DNA of 64,000 nucleotides from Tubulanus polymorphus. Taxonomy: Eukaryota; Animalia; Nemertea. Position 1 is the stretch's first letter, and every line of letters starts with the position of its first letter. The translations under genes and the position numbers were made by a program. Shown piece by piece: positions 1-10,893 of this stretch. The DNA is taken from positions 2,542,001 through 2,606,000 of the forward strand of contig NC_134025.1 in assembly GCF_964204645.1 (NCBI RefSeq), written 5' to 3'. Under the pieces are notes generated by a model, which had not been told where the DNA came from, made no database searches, and worked only from the letters and a program-made list of their open reading frames with translations.

Positions 1-263
1 TCTCAAAATAATGTTGATTAATCACTCGAAACATACATAAAATTGGATTATTTCGAAAGGTACCTGTGTTAGTTTGTGAATTAAGCCATTAATTGTGGAC
101 TGAAGTGAATAGAAAGTATATTTTTGAAGTGTTACTTTTTTCAACCGTGTTTTGGTCCTTGTCATCCCTAACGTTGGTATAAGCCCATCCGATTATAAAA
201 AGCTTACCACCAACGATTAGGTAACTAACTAGGTATTAGTCAGCCATATTCATCTGACCTACG

Positions 264-422
264 AAGGGGTCATGCGTTTATTACGTACGCATTAGCGGAG
301 GGGGCAGACGTACTGTATGTAATGCTTAATGTATATGAAAGAATGGCCGATTTTGCGTAGAGAGGGGGAGGGGGGTTGAAAAATTCAAATTTTATTTGTA
401 CGTAATAAATGAATGATCCCTT
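264..422. mobile_element. Short MITE-like element with terminal inverted repeats, in a GLRX5 intron
   Basis: Left end AAGGGGTCATGCGTTTATTACGTAC is an imperfect inverted repeat of right end GTACGTAATAAATGAATGATCCCTT; internal G-run; TTAA at the right boundary. Confidence 0.6.
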
Positions 423-484
423 AAGCTGCTTAAAGCACTGGTTCAAGTTTGAAACTCACTCTGGTATTTAATTTCTATTTAAAG

Positions 485-651
485 GTATCAAAGATTTCAG
501 TCAATGGCCGACGATTCCTCAAGTATATATTGATGGTGAATTCCTGGGTGGATCTGATATAATGTTGGACATGCATAAAAATGGTGAACTTGTGGAAGAA
601 TTGAAGAAAATTGGAATTAAGTCAGCTTTGTTAGATGCTCCAAAAGCGTAG
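485..651 (+). CDS. GLRX5: Glutaredoxin-5 (monothiol, mitochondrial), terminal coding exon only
   Basis: After acceptor tttaaag: (G)[60 protein letters not shown] and GG(S/C)D motifs and the GIKSAL tail are typical of GLRX5. AATAAA at 773-778. Upstream exons are not recognised in the window. Confidence 0.88.
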
Positions 652-1496
652 ACTAATCACATGATTCATGTGATAAGAATAAGAGACATTTGACAGGCTT
701 AATTGATTATTGATCTACGTTTACTGTGGATGTGCCGATAGTTTAGCTCAGAATGTTTTGTAGTCATTTATGAATAAATAATAATTAAATCGTTTTTAAA
801 AGAAAGAATCTTGCTGGATTATATTGACATAAAGGATCTAAGCTAACGGGACAGAGCTGGGTAAAAGAGCCAGGCAGAGACTGAATTCAATCTATTCCTG
901 CGGTGTCAGAGGTCGACACTCAGTGTCTCAGTCGAAGGAACTCGTATAGGTCGAGAAGATACACAATTCATCCGTGTAAGATTTTTCTTAATACGTAAGA
1001 AATGACATAGATGATTTTAGCCAAAGACGTCTAAAAGTTCTTGTCAGTCGGGCGTTCTTAGTTATTCAGTTGACCGCTAGTGCCATCGTCCAGCTCGATT
1101 GCCTATTATACCAACGTTGTTTTATTGCAGTAAATAGCTTCATCGATATGACTCCCCCGTTTGGGATTTAAACCTGTAGCACTAAACCCGGAAGTAAAAT
1201 AAAAGATGATAACAGTCAGACCCATAACAAACTCATCAAAACACGTTTAGACTTGTTTTATCTGATGATCAACAGCAAAAGTTACTAAAACCGTTGTTTT
1301 GTCTGTGTTTTTGTGAGGTAATTATGAATGAGATGCCTTTCTGAAGCATTTCTGAAGTTCGTATGTGTTTTCGTTATCATCAAATACAATTCAATCGCTT
1401 TATTGTTTTACTTCTTTACTACTTACTTTTACTAGACGGCTTTCAAGAATTTATTGAAATTTTATTTAATCTTCAATTGAATAGAAGAACGGTGCG

Positions 1497-4400
1497 ATGA
1501 TGGACGACCTGTTTCGATTTGCTGGCGATATTGAGTTTAGTGAAGAAATTCCGATTCCTGGTCAAATCGCGGAAGTTAAACTAAAACAATATTCGGAAAC
1601 TTGTAACTTCCTCCAACACAAACGTCCGCTGACTCCAGAACATCCTTATTTCTTTGCTCAAGTTAATTCATTAGGTGGGTAGGAAAGTTTTGCCATTTTG
1701 AAAAATTTACTGCTTCATAATTAGGCTCGCTGAAACGGTTAAATCGCTCGGGCAACAAGTCCTATGACAGTTATTTAAAAGTTTCAACTCAACTGTAACT
1801 GAGCCAGTTTCTCACAATCGCTTTAAAGCAATCGAGTTGAAACAAACATAACTTTCACCAATCGGTCGTTGCAAGATATCAACAATCGATCGTTTCAGCT
1901 GCTAATAGCGTGATCACAATCGGAATCGCTGGTCCCGATATCAATGATGACGTTCATCCCGGAAACTGGAACAATACCGTTGGTTACCATAGCAACACTG
2001 GGCGGTGTTATACCTCGCACAAACTCGGGGCAAATACGGACGGTCAAAAATTCGGTATAAGTAAGTGAATTGATATATGATTTTATCGAATGTTAATTCT
2101 TGCGATGTTGGTCGTTTATTATATTTCATTCATTTCGTCAATTATTTTAGATGATATTTTTGGAGTTCTCGTCACTTACTTCGGTGAAACGATGTCCACT
2201 GTTATGTTTCTAAAAAATGGACAGCCAGTTGCGACTAGGTAAAAACACTGTGAATGTTTATTATCGATATTAGTCGTACATGATTTTACTGTTTTTGTCG
2301 TTAATCTTATCCGAATGTTACCGATTGTAATTTAGGTATCATTTTGAGCCGAATCATTCGAACTTTTTGCCGACTATCGCGTTAGAAAATGGACCGATAG
2401 ATTTGGGTCTAATGTGGCCTGAAGCGGCTCTCGGAATTCCCAAATACTCAGAGGTACGCGTTTGGCGTGTGTGAATTTTTTTTAATTGCTGTTTAAGAAT
2501 CTGGTGGTTGATCAATCACTCGTATTGCTGACCATTTCAGAAAAATATGCTGCATTGGATTCGTTCTCCATTAGTGCATTATGACGCGGCGCAAGATCAT
2601 TTCTTTTATGATGATCTTACAAGAGATGAACTTCCTATACAAAGTCCATTTCCGCTCTCTAGACGTAAGACTTCTGTACAAAATCATCACCGTTTCACTC
2701 GTCTTCGTGTTTCCGTGTAAATGTTATTCTTATGAATATTTTTTACAGAAATCCAACATTTCGAGGTTGTCATCAAAGAAACCAGTGATATCGGTGCCGC
2801 GAACTGTATCGCTATAGCAACGTGTAGTCCTATTAAACCTACACCAACATGCGAATTGTTACGTGATTATTTTTGTTGGCATCCGGATGGACAAGGTTTG
2901 CATCTACTACATCAGTATATACCGTCGTTACAATTCTAATGAATGCATTAACCCTTTCAATACGTCTACACCGCAGTGATAGATTTTGCTAGTACACCGC
3001 AGTGCGGTGTATTGATATAATTAGTTATTAGTAATTATCTCTCTTGAAAAAGGCAGCACCTGTCAAACATAGTGAAATACTAGTAACTAACGATACACTG
3101 CACCGCAGTGTAGATGCACCATAGTGGTATTCCCGTTATTCAACACACTAGGGTGGAATTTTTAAAAATGTTCAAATTATCTCCAGCACTATAGGGTATT
3201 AGTTAGTCAGCACTGAAAGGGTTAACTCTTTGATGCTTTGATATTTTCAGTACTGAAAATGAAAGTTGGTGAGAGAATGGGTTGGGGTATACTATACGAT
3301 CCAGCCCATAGAAGTGATGCTGATTTCGACGATAAGAAAGAACAGATGGTGCTGTGTTATGTTTCCATCGATTCCGTTATTGTTTATCATAAGATGATGT
3401 TACAGCCTCCTGGAGGCTGGTATCCGTTAGTACTGCTGCATCCGTACGGTACGAGCGCTGCTGCTATTCGATCGATATATTACGAGTGTTGTCGATTTAT
3501 TGAATATTTGATTATACGTATATTGACTACCGAATTATTCGTTTTAGCATCTAAGATTGAGATCGATATGCAGAGTAACACAACACCAAAAACATACACT
3601 AAGTTAGATGAATTGTTCCTTTCATCAATAACCGAAGCGTATGATATTCTGAATGATAATTCAAGGCTTACCGGTACGTATATAAGTAGGCAAAACACAC
3701 TTTGTATTGATGAAGAACTTGATGACTGTTTTATCTTTATGCTGGAATTTCAAAGGGATTGATTAGGATTCGTTGTTAAGTATTTGACATTGTGGCTGTT
3801 GTAGAAGCGAGGCTTTTGAACCATCAAAAAATACAGAAAATCAAGCTTGATTTTAGTGTAATCTATTTTTCACATTCGTCCGCTCTGGTAGGGGCTGCAG
3901 ATATTTTAAACGGGATGGCTGATTTTTAGAGGGGTGTATCTGAAAATGAATAAAACCTGTTGTGGAGAACGCCGATTGTAAACTTGTCTTCTTGTTTCAG
4001 CCATTGATGATTCGACGATCAGAGCATCAGAACAATTACAGTTCACGATTGATAAAACATTCTGTCGCGTGAAGTTAACTGGTGAACAGAAAGGAATTCA
4101 TGTGATTCAGTTACAGAAATCACTCACCCCTGAAAGCTGTTATTTCTATTTGGAAGTCCTCGGCGCTGGTATGTATCTATTTCTTCTCATCCGAAGTCTG
4201 TAGATTAATCAAATGTTAAAATGCTCTTCTTCTTTGTTGCGAAGGTGAAGATTCCGTGATCAGTATCGGGGTGGCTCCGTCGGATTTTGCGCTGAATAAA
4301 TATCCGGGTAAAACCGACGGATCCGTCGGATATACGTCGCGAGATGGTAAAATGTGGAATAATAATCAATCAGATGGTAACACTACCGGCAGGAGGTTCA

Positions 4401-6137
4401 CATCAGGTACTACTCTTATATTACTATTGATGACCTATATAGACACTGATCTCATTCATGTAAACTGGTGATTAATGAAAAGTTCTACTCCGAAGTTCAT
4501 ACATTGTCCAGTTTTGTTAAGATTTCCTTGTTTTACTGTCAGATTCATTTAAGCTATTGAGTTTCTGTGTGATATGTTGTCATAATCGCCCCTAATGATG
4601 GCTATTTTAGTCTCAACAGCTGAAATGTTGTAGTTTCAGTATAAGGCAAATAATTTCTCATAAATTTTCAGATTATCGTTTATTCCTATTTCTATGAAAC
4701 GTTCAGTAGTATATGACGTACGGTGATATTTCAGGTGATTGCGTCGGTTTAGAAGTTTCATCCTTTGATCACGTCCCTGTAATTCTGTTCAATAAGAATT
4801 ATCAAGCGGTCGGTACACGTTTCATGACGGTTGATAATTTGACCGAATTATTTCCTACGGTCGCGGTATACAGCGGTGGATCAGACGTCGATATCAATAT
4901 CGTTTGGCAAAATCGTATATCAGCGCCACCTGTCTTTCAAGTTGTAAGTTATCGTTTTGACGTTTCATTTTGAATGCTGTGTGGATGGCTTGATAATGAT
5001 TGATTTACTCGTGTTTCGTTATTACAGGCAAATGTTGAACATTGGTGTCTACCTGAAGGAGCTGAAGCAGATCCTCGAGATAACATCATTAATTTACAGT
5101 CATCTCATACAAACACTCAAATCTTACAGGCTCCTTACAGTTTACACAACGGTATATCATAACTGTTAATAGAATCCTCGCAAGCAATTCATTTGAACGA
5201 GAAAAACATTTTTTTCGCGTTTCTTTCCAGCGTACAACCATTTCGAAGTTAGCATCGTCGATGATTTCGACGCTGAAAGGCCGCCACCGGCTATCGGGCT
5301 TTGTACCGCGAGTCCAATCTACAAAAACGGACAGTCAAATTTTAAACAAGATTTCATTCGTTTCTGGGCTGTTGATGAAGGTATTTTTGTTCGAACTTAA
5401 TCGATCGGTAAACAAATCATACGCCAGTTTCATATGTAATGTTTAATTTGTAGCTTTAGGTGCCGTGAAGAAAGGTGACCTGATGGGTTGGGGTGTATTA
5501 TTTCCTGATGAAGAAATGTGCAGTGAAGAGTTAGTGATCTGTTATCTGACAATAAACCGTGATGTGGCATTGACACGTGTGTTATTCAACCCACCCGGAG
5601 GTCTATTTCCACTTGTTTTATGTCCAGCCGGAGGTACGAGTCAAATTCACCACCTTGCGATTCATTAAATAAACGAACTGAACCAAAGCAGCCCTGCACC
5701 ATCGATTCAGGCATACAAAATTTTAGTGTGAAGTGTTGGTGATCACTTTTTGAAAGTTTGTTGATAAAATGTCTTATTGTTTTAAAGTTGATCGAATACA
5801 AATGGAATTTGGGGCGACGATCATCGAAGAACATCCATTTTCAAAATCTGCCGTTAAAGAGTTGCTCGTTCACGCTAAACGAATGTTAGAGGAGGAATCG
5901 CAGACTATCGCTGATGGTAAAGACATCGAAGAATGGACGCTACGTAAAAATAAACAGAAATATTTACGCCCGGTTCCCGTAAAACAAGAGACGCCGACGT
6001 CTCGACCGCAGCAGCAGCAGCAGCGTAAACCTCAGAGATTGGAGGAAGTTGAAACGGGAATCTGGGATGTCAATCAAAGAGAACAAATCACTCATTTCGG
6101 TTCCGTTAAATCATCGAAAAGTTGTACAATTTTATAA
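1497..6137 (+). CDS. SPRYD3-like protein with two tandem SPRY pairs and C-terminal CaaX (CTIL); 15 coding exons
   Basis: GT-AG exons in consistent phase: 1497-1674, 1899-2060, 2151-2238, 2336-2453, 2541-2664, 2749-2895, 3251-3448, 3548-3673, 4001-4168, 4245-4406, 4735-4943, 5028-5151, 5231-5380, 5454-5632, 5789-6137. SPRY motifs ITIGIAG..HPGNWNNTVGYHSNTG and ISIGVAP..YPGKTDGSVGYTSRDG; SPRYD3-like MGWG..PPGGWYPLV and MGWG..PPGGLFPLV. Confidence 0.8.
2948..3225. mobile_element. TTAA-flanked MITE (piggyBac-like ends)
   Basis: TTAA-CCCTTTCA ... TGAAAGGG-TTAA with internal repeated CACCGCAGTG motifs; intronic. Confidence 0.7.
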
Positions 6138-6841
6138 GTCGTATGAAATATGCGTTCACGACTGGTCTCAAAACAGAGTTTGTAGCAATCCTGAGAGAAT
6201 CCAAAAGTGCTCTTAAATCTAAAGAGTGGTCTTAAGTTGTTAGATTGGCTATAGAACAAAGACGGACTTTTAGACTGGTGCTGAATCTAAGCCGTGACTG
6301 GGCTGCTGGCCCTTGGTCTCAAAAGTGCTTAGAAGTGATAACTCTTGTATCAGCCTTACTGCTACAAATCCTGATAAATATAATCTCTCATAGTAAACAA
6401 GGATCTCAATATGAAATATGAATAGTTAATGAACTATCTAAAAGTGAAGCCGTATTGTGCTGTTTTTGTTGTAATAGTAATCTGTGATATTTTAATCTGT
6501 ATAAACTGCTGATTGAAGATTCATCTGTTCTCAGTTTCCCTGTTTATAAAACGATATTCAAAAAATTATTTTTGTTTTTCACTCGTAACAACAAACATTG
6601 TTCTCAAAAATAATGAATTTACTGAGCCTATATTTATATTTTTATTACTGGCCTCTGAAGTTATACATCAACCGCTATAACTTTCTTTTCACACGTTTTC
6701 TATATCGATATATTATATATATTTGTTTATATATTCCAGCTTTGTGTATGTATATATTTCGTCCTTATCCAGATAAAATTAGTATATTTATTTTATTTTA
6801 CAAACATTTTATTCTTTTCTGTTAGTTATCATTTACATATA

Positions 6842-7011
<170 letters not shown>

Positions 7012-7572
7012 GGCATAGAGAGAAAAAGAATGACCATTTGACTTACCATTAGAGCTAATAATAACCTAGGAATTGTGAAAAACACTGAATGAAAATGTAA
7101 GTTAATTGGGAACGGAATTTTGAAGTGTTGCTCAATTAGGGATCGATTGTTACGTAATTTGGTTATAATGATCACTTGTACTTCGCCATACGTTCAGCAG
7201 CGTGTAATGGATATAGAGTTTGTAGCTGTTATCTTCCAGGCTACGCTGATTATTATATTATGATTATCTATGCAATTGGTTATATGTATATCATGATTTT
7301 ATACACAGTTTTATCAGTATACTAAATAAAATTTCCATTTTATATCTGAATTATTTGTTTGCGGGTGCTTTATCGTTTTCTCTGCACAGATATGCCGAAC
7401 CCAGACATTGTGTACCCTTTGCAACGAAAATAAGGAGATTCACTCGTACATATTAAAAGCTATACAGAAATATCTATCTATTATCAAAAATTGAAAACGG
7501 AGGACTCTAGTTTCAATTGAAAGGCGGTTGATCAGCCTGATTTTCCAAAAGCATAATGAAAATATCACATTT

Positions 7573-7828
7573 CAATGGGCGGATCTAGGATTTTCCATGG
7601 GAGGGGGGGTGTCCAATGAGAACAAATGGCACTTTTTACAAAACACCACGTACTGCGGATACTTCTATGCCATTTTAGGGGATGCTCTCGGTCAATTCAT
7701 GCGTTGAAAATTATTATAGGTGGAAAACTTTGGTCCAAAAAATTTTGGGGTGACATTTTTGAGGGAACTTCAAATTTGAGGGGGGGGGGGTTCCGGACAC
7801 CCTGACATCCCCCCTAGTTCCGCCCCTG
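7573..7828. mobile_element. MITE with CAGGGGCGGATC-type terminal inverted repeats
   Basis: CAATGGGCGGATCTAGG ... CCTAGTTCCGCCCCTG, internal G-runs, near-identical 5-bp flanks (CATTT/AATTT). Same end type as 50845-51180. Confidence 0.65.
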
Positions 7829-9021
7829 AATTTAACATAATATCATATCAATTGGTTATTACATATACAGAATCAGCATAGAAGAAAATACCAACATTTT
7901 CCAGATACGTACAACTCTGAATACGGATAAGTCACAGGAATAAATTACCGTCTACTGGACCCAGCAATCTACATGACTCGAATCTCATTTCAGAGCTGTG
8001 GTACTGGACCACAGACGAACGGCTCTCAATTTCCATATTCATTAAGCGTGAGGTTTTCGTTACAACCGACGTAGGTTTGACCTGCGGCAGTCGGTAATGT
8101 ATCAATTCTCTGCGGGAAATCGTCTAAACGTTGATATCGGATTATCCTAATGGCACGAGATAAAGTTAATCTAATAAAAACGACATTTGAGATCGAATCG
8201 GTCGATATTGATGTTGACGATGCTAAATGATGGGACCTCGTTACTATAATCGGCGTTTAAAGGAATTTACTTCATACAGGTTAGTACATGGTTAACCGAT
8301 AGTTGACAGGCACAGCTGGTTACGAATTTGTTTCACCTTTGACTATATCATTTTTACGTATGAGAAAATGGGAATTTCGATTAGAATTCTTGATACAAAG
8401 TTCACGCTGGCTGCGTAAACCCAATAGAAAAAGATAGATCCAATCTTTAGAGTTGATCTTAGGATGAAAGATTTATTTATATACATTACTTAACGGAAAA
8501 AAAGATAACTTAATGCAAACACTGACTTCTTTTATCTCCAACCTATTACAAATACTACACACAAACCCTTCATATTGCGCTGAGATCAACAGTACTTGAT
8601 CTCTGAATTGAAACGTTTACCAGTTTGTGATAATATTCACACGATATATCTATCCAATCTATCGCTCTGAAGTTACCGGGGAGGTTGTTTTTACGCGATT
8701 TTTAGAAGGTGGGAGCATTAGTTAGTTTATCCCGTTATTACAGAAATGACGTTCACTTCGGGGCAAGTTTCCCCCATGATAAACTTCACTACTCCTCTCC
8801 GCCTTCTTTCTCTCTGTCTCTCTATAAATTTGAATATCATATTAAAAGGACAATTACTTTTGTAATTGTATCACCCAAACGAAGTATAACTGATTAAGGT
8901 CATTTATCGATTTACGTTAATTGGTACATACAATTAAAGAACCGCGGCATATGCGGTTTTCATCGGTTTCAATTGATGTAAACCGATCATCATCCGAGGA
9001 GGTTAATTATTCAGCTGAAAA

Positions 9022-10157
9022 ATGTAAGTAAAAAGAATACGTAATATTCAAACACCCCTAATCAGGGCCCGAGGAGCAGTCGTTACTGTCTGCACATTCA
9101 ATATACCGGTAAGTAAATTTTAGAAAGTGAATAGATCATTCTTTTATTTCATTTTAGGAGAATTTCTCAATACGACCAACAAACAGCGTATTACTTCCCG
9201 CGTCCATTGCGGAGGTTCATCATATTCGGTTTTATAGGCATCAATGTGATAGCCCTTGCGTATCTGATTTACAAAGGACAAACTAATCACGATTCGAAAT
9301 TAGTCAACGCAGTTACAACAAACGCGTCCTTAGAACAACAAAGGAGAAAGTTACATAAACCTGAAATGCGATGGATTCTGGCGCCTGCAAAAAGCGACAA
9401 GGCCGCGAAAACTACCCAATCCATATCTCAAGTAAAACTAATGAGCAACGAAGAAAAAATGTTGGCTTTTTATTTGCTCGATAAATTTGTGGAAGTTTGT
9501 GACCGCTTAAATATCACCTATCAAATGTACGGTGGAACTTTGTTAGGATCGTGGCGGCATCATGGACTCGTTCCATGGGATGACGACATTGATGTTGTCG
9601 TCCCAGATTTTGCCGCTAAGGATAAGCTTTATTTGGCTCTTAGAAAACTTGGCGACGATATCCTGATATTCGATACTAGATATCGTTTGAAATTAACATC
9701 TAGTAAGGCTAAGAAAACTAGCAGATTTCGGTGGTTATGGCCTTATATAGATATCCAGTTTTTTCGTGGTAACGGAACACATGTCTGGGACGCAGCTCCC
9801 GAATTCAGCGACATCGTCTACGAAAGAAGGGATATTTTACCGAGTAAGATTCGACCCTTTTCGGGGAGATTTCTCAAATCACCATTTAATACGTTGAAAG
9901 TTTTACGCCGATGTTACGGAAACACCGATACTTGCGCAATGAATCACTACAGTCACAGATTCGAAAGATGGAATAAGAAAATTGTGAGCTCGAAATGCGA
10001 AACACTAAGGCAACAAATTCCGTTCGTTCATCGCCGTTTTACAAACGCAACTATGGAAGAAACTCTGATCATTGATAACAGAACTATACAAATCATTTAT
10101 ACAAATGAACCTTCTGATTCAATTACAAGCCCTTATAGTTTACGTCGTTTATCGTAA
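9022..10157 (+). CDS. LicD/fukutin-family nucleotidyltransferase-fold phosphotransferase, type II membrane protein
   Basis: Motif YGGTLLGSWRHHGLVPWDDDIDV, also WPYIDIQFF; N-terminal TM segment FIIFGFIGINVIALAYLIY. Main exon 9158-10157. The start codon is inferred as AT(9022-9023)|G(9158) across a GTAAGT..TTTTAG intron. Confidence 0.85.
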
Positions 10158-10893
10158 ACAACGGAAATCGGAATTTTGCATCTTCTGTTCTGAATTGAAT
10201 AAGACTAAAAAATTGATACCTTGCAGTTTCTCATTTCTGCCGAGCTTAAAGTTGACCCGGCCGGCCACCTATCAACCCTGTACATTACTTTAAGACAAAA
10301 ATTACGATCAGGCTAACAATATCAGACCCGGCAGCTGTAGAAATGAACTGATTACAAATTCTATTGCGATTTACAGAATGACCCGCCCGATTAGGAGAAA
10401 CAAGGTATTATTTTTTAGTATGGATAGGTATTACTTCTGTCTTTCCTCGCTTAAATGAAATATCAAGTCATATCACAAATTGTTTACGAATTTTTCTTTT
10501 GTGGCTAATAAACCGCACATATTACATATCATCAGTTACTACTCAAGTGTTTGTTATCGGTTGTTCAACTGGTAATTACCCTTATTAACCTATAAGGGAC
10601 GTAATAGATTGATACTGCTCAAAAATATCCGGCGACAGTCGAGAGGAAGTTTGTGTTACTCACACGCTGCGCAGTTTCAAAAGTTCGTGATATCGAACTA
10701 ATTAATTCGCTCCTCTGACAAAAGAATTATTTCAAAACTGCACAGCGTGTCCTCGCTGACCTGGACAGACTTGCTCCGGTCAAGCGGACTCCAGGATCAA
10801 AGATGAATACATATAAATAAGTGGAACTGGTTCCATCAGTTAGTTTAGTGACTCGTCATCGGAATCAACGACGAATTGATCGGAGTAGGAAAA

